In this document: positions 8,283-16,773 of the stretch, piece after piece | Layout of the letters: every line of letters begins with the position of its first letter | Position numbering within the stretch: the first letter of the stretch is position 1 | DNA from: a virus | Taxonomy: Duplodnaviria > Caudoviricetes | Direction: 5' to 3' (one strand) | IMG/VR virus record: IMGVR_UViG_3300024275_000003 | Location: 1-54,246 of that record | DNA length: 54,246 bases | Made by a program: the position numbers and the translations under genes | The notes under the pieces: model-generated | What the model was told of the DNA's origin: nothing | Databases searched by the model: none | The model's input: the letters and a program-made list of their open reading frames with translations, nothing else

Positions 8283-9002
8283 ATGCAGACCACTGAACAA
8301 AATAATAACGTTAGTACTAAGATCCAAGATCGTCAGATCGCTGAGACGAAAGTTCTCACTCTTGGTTATCTGGGTATGGGCACGGGGCGTGTTAAACCTT
8401 TCGATCAAATCTTCAATGCGGGCAAGCTGGTAACCGCGAAGGATATCAAAGATGGAATCGCTATCGATGCTCTTGTCGTTTGGGGAGGGGAAGATATTAG
8501 CCCTTCTCTGTATGGTGCCAGCCCTAGTAGTTATACTGGTGCTCGTGCTACGTTGTCTCATCGCGATCTCTGCGAGTCAACAGCCTGTCTGGAAGCAATT
8601 GAGCGAGGCATTCCTATTATTGGGATTTGTCGTGGCGCTCAGCTTGTCTGTGCAATGGCTGGCGGTAGTCTCATTCAGCATGTTAATAATCATGGCATTA
8701 CACATTTGATGGAAACCAATGATGGTCGACGTATCCAGACCACATCGGTCCACCACCAGATGATGTATCCGTTCGATACGGAATATGAGATGTTGGCATG
8801 GTGTAGCCCCAAGCGGAGTACAACGTACGTGATTGAAGGTGACAAGCAGCAGGATATGGAAGACAAGGTAGAACCCGAAGTTGTGTTCTTTCCTCGTATC
8901 AAGGCTATTGCAATTCAAGGCCATCCGGAATTCTGCAGCAATCCGCAAGATGAGTTCGTGCAATATTGCATGGAAGTAACCCGCAAGTATCTCGGTGTTT
9001 AA
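8283..9002 (+). CDS. Class I glutamine amidotransferase / peptidase C26 (PuuD-like gamma-glutamyl hydrolase)
   Basis: WGGEDISPSLYG, GICRGAQ nucleophile elbow, SVHHQ, QGHPE triad motif. Confidence 0.9.
   Translation: MQTTEQNNNVSTKIQDRQIAETKVLTLGYLGMGTGRVKPFDQIFNAGKLVTAKDIKDGIAIDALVVWGGEDISPSLYGASPSSYTGARATLSHRDLCESTACLEAIERGIPIIGICRGAQLVCAMAGGSLIQHVNNHGITHLMETNDGRRIQTTSVHHQMMYPFDTEYEMLAWCSPKRSTTYVIEGDKQQDMEDKVEPEVVFFPRIKAIAIQGHPEFCSNPQDEFVQYCMEVTRKYLGV
8301..8318. repeat. 18-bp dyad motif copy 11 (intragenic)
   Basis: AATAATAACGTTAGTACT. Confidence 0.8.
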
Positions 9003-9019
9003 TCTTTAGGAGAATAAAA

Positions 9020-9790
9020 ATGATGCGAGTTGTTAAAGGCTGTGACCCGGAAGTTTTTTTGATCGATGCAAATGGCAAGTTCATCTCGTCGGTTGATAAG
9101 ATTGGGGGATCGAAAGATATGCCCATGCCGATCGATCACAACGGTAATGCAGTACAGGAAGACAATGTAACGGTGGAGTTCAACATCCCTCCGTGTCACA
9201 ACAAGATCCAGTTCATTGAGAACATCAATCGTAACAAGGACTGGATCAAGAACAAGGCAGAAGAACTGGGTCTGTCCATCGCAATCAAGGCATCGGCGGT
9301 GTTCGATGATGACCAACTTCAGACGCCGCAAGCTCAGACTTTTGGTTGTGAACCCGACTTCAATGCATGGAGGCATGGTGAAGAAAATCCTCGTCCTAGC
9401 GCTGGCAATGCCAATCTGCGTAGTTGCGGGGGCCATATTCATATTGCCCTTCCTGATGGTGTTGATCCTCTACTGGCTGTACAGTGCATGGATCTCTATG
9501 TCGGGTGCCAGATGCTGGAATTCGACAAGGACGCAGACCGTCGGCAACTCTATGGTAAAGCGGGAGCCTTCCGTCCCAAGTCCTACGGTGTCGAATATCG
9601 TACAGCTTCGAACGCATGGATCGAAACCGATGAACGCATCAGTTGGGCATGGGATCAGACGGACCGTGCAATCGAACACGCAAGCAAAGGTGTACCATTT
9701 ACCGCCGAACAAGCTGCAATGATCCAAGACTGTATCAACAACAGTGATCTCGGTTTGCTGGCAATGCTCAAGAAGGAGTTCGATCTGTGA
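9020..9790 (+). CDS. phiEco32-like COOH-NH2 ligase type 2
   Basis: GCDPEVFL, QEDNVTVEFNIPP, FGCEPDFNAW, LRSCGGHIH, RRQLYGKAGAFRPKSYGVEYRT. Confidence 0.9.
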   Translation: MMRVVKGCDPEVFLIDANGKFISSVDKIGGSKDMPMPIDHNGNAVQEDNVTVEFNIPPCHNKIQFIENINRNKDWIKNKAEELGLSIAIKASAVFDDDQLQTPQAQTFGCEPDFNAWRHGEENPRPSAGNANLRSCGGHIHIALPDGVDPLLAVQCMDLYVGCQMLEFDKDADRRQLYGKAGAFRPKSYGVEYRTASNAWIETDERISWAWDQTDRAIEHASKGVPFTAEQAAMIQDCINNSDLGLLAMLKKEFDL

Positions 9791-9987
9791 AGATTGTCTA
9801 CAAAGTTGTAGAGAGCGAGCGTCGTGAGGGATACAACCATCGATGGAGATACACCCTATATCAACGTAAGTGGTGGGGTGGATGGGAAAAGATACTGGAA
9901 ACTGATATCTGGGATAGGGTTCAGGAAATACTAGGTGGACCATCAACAAGGTATTTCAATGCTTTTGGTAAGGAGATTTGTCAATGA
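9787..9987 (+). CDS. Small hypothetical protein
   Basis: AAGGAG SD, translationally coupled at both ends. Confidence 0.6.
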   Translation: MKIVYKVVESERREGYNHRWRYTLYQRKWWGGWEKILETDIWDRVQEILGGPSTRYFNAFGKEICQ

Positions 9988-10604
9988 CAAATGCTGAAAT
10001 TCTTCAGGACTTCCGTCGGCGCTACGAAGGGACGTATGTGTGGCTGTCGATGGAAGATCAGACAAAGGAAACGCTTGTCAAGGTAGCCCGAGTGGCGGAC
10101 GATGCGAACAAGGTTGGAGTACTGCTCCTAGACTCACTTGAGTATGGTTCGCTCACGATCAATATGGGTAGCGAAGGGCATGCGTTACGGTTCAAGAACC
10201 CCCCTGTTGGTGTCTTCCAGCATGGTGTGGATGCATACTCGTTTGTCCGTCGTCCGGCGAAGCAGTATCGTCGGGGTATCTGTGCGGATAACAGTACGAT
10301 GCGTAATGTATCAGCAGCGATTGTGGGGAATCGTTGTCGGTTTACTGCACAGGAAGTCTTGAGTGCGTATAAGCACCAGACTTATTCACTTTACGAAGCA
10401 CTAGAGATGCTTCGAAGGGGAAAGGCTCGCAGTGTGGCACTTGATAACAACTATAGCATCAGTCTTAGTTTTAATAGCTCTGCTGACCACGTTGTGTTCC
10501 ATTGGAATCACCCTATTGCTCGGTGCAATACGGGTGGCAAGATCACCACAATCTACGAGGACGTCTACAAATCTGGACTGGGCCGACTTTTTAGCAACAC
10601 TTGA
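9984..10604 (+). CDS. Hypothetical protein of the amidoligase cluster
   Basis: TAAGGAG SD, ~206 aa between the two ligases. Confidence 0.8.
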   Translation: MTNAEILQDFRRRYEGTYVWLSMEDQTKETLVKVARVADDANKVGVLLLDSLEYGSLTINMGSEGHALRFKNPPVGVFQHGVDAYSFVRRPAKQYRRGICADNSTMRNVSAAIVGNRCRFTAQEVLSAYKHQTYSLYEALEMLRRGKARSVALDNNYSISLSFNSSADHVVFHWNHPIARCNTGGKITTIYEDVYKSGLGRLFSNT

Positions 10605-10620
10605 CAACAACGAGGATGAT

Positions 10621-11523
10621 ATGGCAAAAACAGTAAGCCAAGTATTTGGTATGGAAAATATCGGCCACTCGGAGTTGGGTAAGGTTGCCGCTGTATTGGA
10701 AGTACCAAGTACTAACGTTATTACTTCGGACCAAATGCTTGGTATTGAAGTGGAAGTAGAGAACTACGATGCTGTGGGTAAGGTTGATTCTGTGTGGCGT
10801 GCCCATGGGGATGGTAGCCTTCGTAATGGAGGCACTGAATTTGTTACACAGCCGATAAAGGCGTGTGATGCACCCAAGGCTTTGCAGAATCTGTTGAAGG
10901 ATTTCCTCAGCCCGAATTGCTGCTTCAGTCCTCGTACCAGTGTGCATGTCCACTTCAACATGCTTCCATATTCTGTGGATGTGGTGAAGAACATCACGAT
11001 GTTATATGCGTGCTTCGAGCCGTTGTTCTTCCGCTTCACTGGCCGGGGGCGTGCAAAGAATATCTATTGCATTCCAATCGTTGAAACATCTACGTTGCAT
11101 CACTTCGAACGGTATGCTCTGCGTGATGTGGCTGGTCGCTGGTCGAAGTACACCAGCTTGAACCTGTTGCCATTGACGACTCAGGGTACCATCGAAGCTC
11201 GTCACATGCACGGGACGTTTGATGTTCAGAAGTTGTGTATCTGGATTCGTCTGTGGTGCAAGCTGATTGAGTACTGTTTGAAGAATGAAGTCACGACAGT
11301 ACGCAAGCTCATTGCAGGGATGGAGCTGGAAACGGACTATCAACAATTGCTGAATCAGATCTTCGGCGATGATGCAGTGCATTTGAAGTATCGTGACTGG
11401 ATGGACATTGAAGCCAGTGTAACCACAGTCAAAACAGCATACACGAATATTGACACCCAATCCCGTGTACTCGCTGAGCGTGATCTGGAAAAGGGTGCTT
11501 ACTTCACTTTCAAGGCGAAATAA
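10621..11523 (+). CDS. Amidoligase (Amidoligase_2, glutamine-synthetase-like COOH-NH2 ligase)
   Basis: GIEVEVE, DGSLRNGGTEFVT, RTSVHVH, KYTSLNL, GTIEARHMHGT. Confidence 0.88.
   Translation: MAKTVSQVFGMENIGHSELGKVAAVLEVPSTNVITSDQMLGIEVEVENYDAVGKVDSVWRAHGDGSLRNGGTEFVTQPIKACDAPKALQNLLKDFLSPNCCFSPRTSVHVHFNMLPYSVDVVKNITMLYACFEPLFFRFTGRGRAKNIYCIPIVETSTLHHFERYALRDVAGRWSKYTSLNLLPLTTQGTIEARHMHGTFDVQKLCIWIRLWCKLIEYCLKNEVTTVRKLIAGMELETDYQQLLNQIFGDDAVHLKYRDWMDIEASVTTVKTAYTNIDTQSRVLAERDLEKGAYFTFKAK
10708..10725. repeat. 18-bp dyad motif copy 12 (intragenic)
   Basis: AGTACTAACGTTATTACT, 17/18 to perfect palindrome. Confidence 0.85.
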
Positions 11524-11525
11524 CT

Positions 11526-13262
11526 ATGTGCGGCTTGGTCGGGTTAATCAGTCGTCGAACTGGTGGTTTCTGGTCCAAAGATCTGGATACGATGGAACAG
11601 ATGCTGCTGATCGATTCACTGCGTGGAAAGGACTCCACAGGCGCCTTCACGGTGTACAAGAACAAGCAATCGGAAATCATCAAGGTTGCTAGTCATCCAA
11701 TGCATCTGTTTGCGTGCGGTGCTTGGGGCGAATTCCGTAACCGTGCTGTGCAACGTGGTAAGATCATTATTGGCCATAATCGTGCGGCCACGCGTGGTGC
11801 AGTTCGTACGGAGAATGCACATCCCTTCGTGGAAGACAACATCATCCTCGTTCACAATGGTACTTTATACGATCACACCAATCTGACAAAGGCTAAGGTA
11901 GAAGTAGATTCCAACGCCATTGCCCACGCACTCTCTGGTGGTGCTGACCCGAAGGAAGTGTTGCCCACTATCCGTGGGGCATTCGCCTTGATCTGGTATG
12001 ACACAGACAAGGAGAAGCTGTATGCTATCCGTAACGAGCAACGTCCGTTGTGTTTGCTGGAAACGGACGATAACTACGTGCTGTCCAGTGAGCCGTTGAT
12101 TGCGGCTTTGCCTTTGGATCGTAACAACTACAAGGTAAAGAACATCCACGTACTGGAACCGGGAGAGTTGCTGGAGTTTGATGACAAGGGCCATTACAGT
12201 TCAAGTAAGGTTGATCTGTCAAAAAAAGCTACCCCAGTTACTCACGGCACGAATGGGAATACTGGGACTGCTAGTAACTACTCTCGTGCTACTTACGGTG
12301 CAGCAAATCAACGGTGGGATCATCTGACCAATGAAGAATTGGAGGAGGATGAACTCGGCCCTTTCGGAACCGGGGCGACGGAGCCCGTCCCACCAGCAAT
12401 TCTGGATCTGAGAAAGGCTCTGGCGGACCAAGCAAAGACGAAGGGAGCGATAGCTCGTTCGAACGATTGCTCATTAACGCAGCCGAAAGGTGGCGAGGAA
12501 AAAAAGGCTGGCCATACCCAGAGTAATGTGGTTGAAGAGATTGACAAGGTAGCTGACAACAATACCAAGATGATTCAGGTCGAGCATGCTGATATTCGGC
12601 GTGGTCAGAAGGTGTTGTTCAAGATTACCGAGTTCTTCAAGGCAGAGAATGGGCGGTTTCGCTTTCGTGGAAAGCTGCATCATCCAGGCACTCCCTTACT
12701 TGACTGCGTCGGTGTTGCTCCTGCTACTTTTACTCCGGAAGGCTTAGCCCGTACGTTCCTTGGAAAGCTCGGCGTGGGGTTTGTGCATTTCATCACGCAC
12801 ACAGCGGGGGGATACAGTGTGTATATCCGTAACATGGATACTCCTACTGTTACCCAGACACACAAGCAACAACGGACTCCGTTTCTGGTGTGGCAGCATG
12901 CGTTAGCGTTCAATACGTGTATGAAGTGCGGTCAGAAGGCTAAGCCGTGGGATAAGAATTTCACGTCAGTTAGTACGATGGCAGTGACCACGAACAACGG
13001 GGCAGGTACCCGAAACGTTGTAAGGATGATGTGTGCAAATTGCGTTGAAAAGGTGCTAAAAGAAAATGAAATCGAAGATTTCCGTAAAGAGCGTGCAAAA
13101 GTCCAGAAGTCTGTCCAACAGCAGCACAATTCGACCAGTGCGGGTGAAACCGAGACTACCCCTCGTGATCCTTCCGTACAAAATTGGGAGTCAGTCCGCA
13201 AGGAATCTGGCACAGGAGATGGGAAACAGGGTCAACTACCGGATTCGCCGACTATTCATTGA
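11526..13262 (+). CDS. Class II (Ntn) glutamine amidotransferase with long C-terminal extension
   Basis: N-terminal MCGLVG, RGKDSTG, GHNRAATRG, NAHPF, HNGT, VDS; C-terminal CMKC...CANC. Confidence 0.9.
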   Translation: MCGLVGLISRRTGGFWSKDLDTMEQMLLIDSLRGKDSTGAFTVYKNKQSEIIKVASHPMHLFACGAWGEFRNRAVQRGKIIIGHNRAATRGAVRTENAHPFVEDNIILVHNGTLYDHTNLTKAKVEVDSNAIAHALSGGADPKEVLPTIRGAFALIWYDTDKEKLYAIRNEQRPLCLLETDDNYVLSSEPLIAALPLDRNNYKVKNIHVLEPGELLEFDDKGHYSSSKVDLSKKATPVTHGTNGNTGTASNYSRATYGAANQRWDHLTNEELEEDELGPFGTGATEPVPPAILDLRKALADQAKTKGAIARSNDCSLTQPKGGEEKKAGHTQSNVVEEIDKVADNNTKMIQVEHADIRRGQKVLFKITEFFKAENGRFRFRGKLHHPGTPLLDCVGVAPATFTPEGLARTFLGKLGVGFVHFITHTAGGYSVYIRNMDTPTVTQTHKQQRTPFLVWQHALAFNTCMKCGQKAKPWDKNFTSVSTMAVTTNNGAGTRNVVRMMCANCVEKVLKENEIEDFRKERAKVQKSVQQQHNSTSAGETETTPRDPSVQNWESVRKESGTGDGKQGQLPDSPTIH

Positions 13263-13968
13263 TCGGCCTAACCCAACGTTCGTGCCCAAGCCGTGGCATG
13301 TAATTATTAACTGGGGTAACAGCGATGTCGGCAGAACAAATCTTGGAGTTGATCGGGTATCTGGTATTAATCGTTGGGTCAATTCTTGCGATAGTGTTAG
13401 ACTAGCAAGTAATAAGCTTAGTACTTTCCGGGCTTTGGAGAATAAAGATGGTGTACGTATCCCCACCTTCACTACCGATCGAGCTGTGGCAGCAGGTTGG
13501 ATTAGGGATGGAGTTGTCGCTGTTTGTCGCACTCAGCTTAGTGGTCATAGTGGTGCTGGTATTGTACTTGCTGATACCGAAGATAAGTTGGTCAACGCTC
13601 CTCTCTATGTTCAGTATGTCAAGAAGCAAAAAGAGTTCCGAGTCCACGTCTGTTTCGGAGAAGTGATCGATGTGCAAGAAAAGCGAAAGCGAAAAGACGT
13701 ACCCGACGACTTCAACACCGATTTTCAGGTACGTAATCATCACACCGGATGGGTCTATTGTCGTGAAGACATCACCGAACCAGAAGGAATGCGAGAGATG
13801 GCTGTTAAAACGGTGGCCTGTCTCGGACTGGACTTTGGTGCAGTTGACATCATTTGGAACCAAAAGCGGAATGAGTGTTACGTGCTGGAATGTAACACCG
13901 CGCCGGGTTTGGAGGGATCGACAGTGGACAAATACGCATCGGCTTTTCTAAAGGAACTTGTAAAATGA
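13066..13968 (+). CDS. ATP-grasp ligase (phiEco32/LUZ24-type; start may be GTG 13144)
   Basis: PYKIGSQSARNLA, IINWG, GHSGAGI, EFRVHV, VRNH, LDFGAVDII, VLECNTAPGLEG. Confidence 0.9.
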   Translation: MKSKISVKSVQKSRSLSNSSTIRPVRVKPRLPLVILPYKIGSQSARNLAQEMGNRVNYRIRRLFIDRPNPTFVPKPWHVIINWGNSDVGRTNLGVDRVSGINRWVNSCDSVRLASNKLSTFRALENKDGVRIPTFTTDRAVAAGWIRDGVVAVCRTQLSGHSGAGIVLADTEDKLVNAPLYVQYVKKQKEFRVHVCFGEVIDVQEKRKRKDVPDDFNTDFQVRNHHTGWVYCREDITEPEGMREMAVKTVACLGLDFGAVDIIWNQKRNECYVLECNTAPGLEGSTVDKYASAFLKELVK

Positions 13969-14375
13969 AACATATTAGTGGTAATATCTGGTATCAAACC
14001 AGTCAAGGTCGGATGGAAATTGGATTCACCAAGGAATGTCTGGATGAGAAGTTGACGGAGTGTTTCCACATTCTTCCGGCGGATAATTACTCGGTGAAGC
14101 AACGTGGTCCGTTGATGGTGCTGGAAACAAACGATGGGCTGGAAGCAGTACACAGCCCCATAGCTGGTCGGGTGCTGTTCTTCTCCGACAAGGCTCGTAA
14201 CTTCCCTGATCGACTCACCGAGGAGGACGTTGTTGTTGCAATCGAAATGCCTCGGGAGGTCAAAAAAATAGCACCAAAAAAATCTGCGGCCCCCAAAGGT
14301 ACTCCCGCTACAGGTGGTAGGCTTAACTGGGATATTGATCCCTTTGATGAGCCGATGCCCTGGGATCGTGTCTAA
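13965..14375 (+). CDS. Glycine cleavage H-protein-like (lipoyl-carrier fold) protein lacking the lipoyl Lys
   Basis: W..IGFT..., V...G.LMVLETNDGLEAVHSPIAGRV aligns by eye with GcvH [20 protein letters not shown]. Confidence 0.7.
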   Translation: MKHISGNIWYQTSQGRMEIGFTKECLDEKLTECFHILPADNYSVKQRGPLMVLETNDGLEAVHSPIAGRVLFFSDKARNFPDRLTEEDVVVAIEMPREVKKIAPKKSAAPKGTPATGGRLNWDIDPFDEPMPWDRV

Positions 14376-14402
14376 TTAATAACTATAACAAAGGGCGTTT
14401 CT

Positions 14403-14654
14403 ATGCGTTGCCTAGCCTGTAATAAACGACTAAATGAACGAGAATCTACCCGAAAGTCTGCTACTACTGGCAGCTATCTTGATCTCTGCAATCATTGTTT
14501 CTCAACCGTGGCAGAAGATATTCCTGACATTGAAGAGGGCGATGGTTACATCGACGAGTTCGAGGAAGAGGAAATTAACGGACGCGATGGAGTGGTGGAT
14601 GAGTGGGACTATCAACAATCGGTCTTCGGGGGTCGACGAAATGAGTCGGAGTAA
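14403..14654 (+). CDS. Small Zn-ribbon protein with acidic tail
   Basis: MRCLACN...LDLCNHC. Confidence 0.75.
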   Translation: MRCLACNKRLNERESTRKSATTGSYLDLCNHCFSTVAEDIPDIEEGDGYIDEFEEEEINGRDGVVDEWDYQQSVFGGRRNESE

Positions 14655-14952
14655 TCGCGGCCCCAAGATCACATGTAAAACGTGTAACGTTAAATTTAAC
14701 CGTCTGGATTGGATGCAAAACACGGACTGCGATAATCCGAATTGTCGGTGTCCCGCAGTCAAAGCGGCTAGAGAAATGACAACAAACGTAATTGAGAACG
14801 CACAGAATGCAGCCCGGGAAACGGCGAGTACTAATATTAAGACTTCTTGGGACAAGATTCCTCCCAATCGGGATACGAATGTAGGTCAGTACTACGTCAC
14901 AGTACCCGAAGTTATGTCGATCTTGGTTACACCAGTTAAGCGAGGTAAATAG
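14641..14952 (+). CDS. Cys-rich hypothetical protein
   Basis: CKTC...CDNPNCRCP. Confidence 0.6.
   Translation: MSRSNRGPKITCKTCNVKFNRLDWMQNTDCDNPNCRCPAVKAAREMTTNVIENAQNAARETASTNIKTSWDKIPPNRDTNVGQYYVTVPEVMSILVTPVKRGK
14827..14844. repeat. 18-bp dyad motif copy 13 (intragenic)
   Basis: AGTACTAATATTAAGACT. Confidence 0.7.
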
Positions 14953-14953
14953 G

Positions 14954-15574
14954 ATGAACTCTTTCTGGAAGCAGTGGATCAGCCTTCAGTTGGAACACAA
15001 TCTGGATAAGATGGTGAAGGACTCCATCAAGAATTTCCATTTTCCGGGTTTGAATTATGTGTGTTTCGACTTCACTCCACATCAGACCATTCGTCTGTAC
15101 ATCGTGGAACCTAAGGATGATCTGGATACCACAAATGTGCAGATCCACAATCATCTGTATGACAGCCAGATTCTGGTGTTGAACGGAGAGATTGTGAACA
15201 CTGTGTATCGGGTCAACAATGATCGCGAAGATTTTAACGCGTATCACTTGATTTCAGCACTGCATCCAGAGAATGAGGAGCACAAGATCAAGTTGAAGTT
15301 TTTGCGTAAACTTGGTCTTGATGTTGTTAAGGCAGAGACTCTTGGAGTAGGAGAGTCTCATTTCCAGAAGCACACGGAGATTCACAATGTCAGGAATGAT
15401 CCGACAAAGTACACGGCATTCATGGTATTTGAGTTTCCAACGGTAAAGAAACATTCGACTCTGTTCAGCAAAAAGGATTTGGGCACAACCATACCCACGC
15501 CGAATGCTTATCTGCGATATGAACGAGAAGAACTGAAGCAGTTGGTTCAAGATCTACTTGACAAGATGGAGTAA
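14954..15574 (+). CDS. Putative cupin-fold (RmlC/cysteine-dioxygenase-like) protein
   Basis: IHNHLYDSQILVLNGEI and EIHNVRN His motifs. Confidence 0.55.
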   Translation: MNSFWKQWISLQLEHNLDKMVKDSIKNFHFPGLNYVCFDFTPHQTIRLYIVEPKDDLDTTNVQIHNHLYDSQILVLNGEIVNTVYRVNNDREDFNAYHLISALHPENEEHKIKLKFLRKLGLDVVKAETLGVGESHFQKHTEIHNVRNDPTKYTAFMVFEFPTVKKHSTLFSKKDLGTTIPTPNAYLRYEREELKQLVQDLLDKME

Positions 15575-15576
15575 AT

Positions 15577-16359
15577 ATGTATGGTGGAGTACAATCCAGA
15601 TTTGTTCGGCATGCACCCTGTCCGAGATGTAATTCACGAGACAATCTTGCCCTCTATGAGGGTGGATCGGGGTTCTGCTTTGGGTGTGGCTTCTTCCAGC
15701 GAGCCTCGGAGGAATCAAGACATAGCCGAGTATCTCAGGTGGTGGAAGCGTCAAAGGAGCCTGTGGAACGAAAGAGCCAATCGTCAGATAGTGTACGACC
15801 CACTCCTGATGACTGTGTTTCTTATTACCCACCTTGTGTAGTTGACTGGATCAGTAAGTATGATCTCACTCCGGTGGATTTGATTAATCATAACGTTGTA
15901 TGGAGCCCAAGCCGTGAACAACTCATATACAGATTTTTTGGAGAAGGTCAGAACGTGGTCTTGTGGCAAGCCCGTAATTTCCGAAAAGGCACCACCCACA
16001 AAGGTCGATTCTTTACTGGAGGCTCACCAACGGATGTTATTGCAAGGTATAGTACGGCTGAAGGGAGAGACACGGCGTGTATTGTTGAAGACTGCATCAG
16101 CGGAATCAAGCTTAGCTACGCAGGTGTCGACGGAGTACCTTGCTTTAGTGCAGCGATGCCAAAGGAAAAGCTCACAAGGCTAAGTAAGCTGTACAGTAAG
16201 GTGGTGGTATGGCTAGATGAGGACAAGCTTAACGAAGCCCGTACAATCGCTACAAACGCCTCTATGCTTGGGATGCATTCGAAGGTGGTGTTCACAGAGT
16301 TTGACCCTAAAGATTACCCGGTCAGCGAGATCAAGCAATATATACAAATTAATGGTTAA
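15577..16359 (+). CDS. DNA primase (Zn finger + TOPRIM)
   Basis: CPRCNSRDNL...FCFGC; IVEDCIS; WLDED. Confidence 0.88.
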   Translation: MYGGVQSRFVRHAPCPRCNSRDNLALYEGGSGFCFGCGFFQRASEESRHSRVSQVVEASKEPVERKSQSSDSVRPTPDDCVSYYPPCVVDWISKYDLTPVDLINHNVVWSPSREQLIYRFFGEGQNVVLWQARNFRKGTTHKGRFFTGGSPTDVIARYSTAEGRDTACIVEDCISGIKLSYAGVDGVPCFSAAMPKEKLTRLSKLYSKVVVWLDEDKLNEARTIATNASMLGMHSKVVFTEFDPKDYPVSEIKQYIQING

Positions 16360-16364
16360 TAAAA

Positions 16365-16571
16365 ATGTTTGCACAATTCTTTCTGGTGTTGGTATTACTG
16401 GACCCCCGGACAGGGGATATGCATAAATATATGATGGACAGGGAATCTTTTCCATTGGCTGATTGTCAGGATATGGAATATTATTTCAAAGATAACCCTG
16501 TTCGTAGTTATGATGACCATTCTCCGTGGGTGGTCGTCGCAACATCTTGCGTGAGAAAGTATGGCATCTAA
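16365..16571 (+). CDS. Hypothetical protein
   Basis: Operon packing. Confidence 0.5.
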   Translation: MFAQFFLVLVLLDPRTGDMHKYMMDRESFPLADCQDMEYYFKDNPVRSYDDHSPWVVVATSCVRKYGI

Positions 16572-16773
16572 TAGAGAAATTATTAAAGTTAATCCGGATC
16601 GGGAGCGGTTGCTTGCATATGCTTCTGGTATTCTTGGTAGTACTCTTAGTAATCCGGGTAATATCTACACAGCGGAACAATTAATCGGAACCAGTATTAG
16701 GACAGCACAGAAGTTAATCGATATTATCTTCGATGATAAGAAACTTGATGAGGTACTTAATGCAAAGCAATAA
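16561..16773 (+). CDS. Hypothetical protein
   Basis: Operon packing. Confidence 0.6.
   Translation: MASNREIIKVNPDRERLLAYASGILGSTLSNPGNIYTAEQLIGTSIRTAQKLIDIIFDDKKLDEVLNAKQ

Noticed and set aside
11526-13262. GlmS or other host-like metabolic gene
   Set aside because: Only the Ntn glutaminase domain is present; no SIS domains.
13965-14375. Functional glycine cleavage H protein (gcvH) as an auxiliary metabolic gene
   Set aside because: The lipoylation lysine is absent, so it cannot act as a canonical H protein.
1112-14844. Dyad repeats as a CRISPR or mini-array
   Set aside because: Spacing is hundreds to thousands of bases and irregular, several copies are intragenic, and no cas genes are present.
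16687-16704. Additional reverse-strand dyad copy TGTCCTAATACTGGTTCC
   Set aside because: Too many mismatches at otherwise conserved positions to call without a PWM score.
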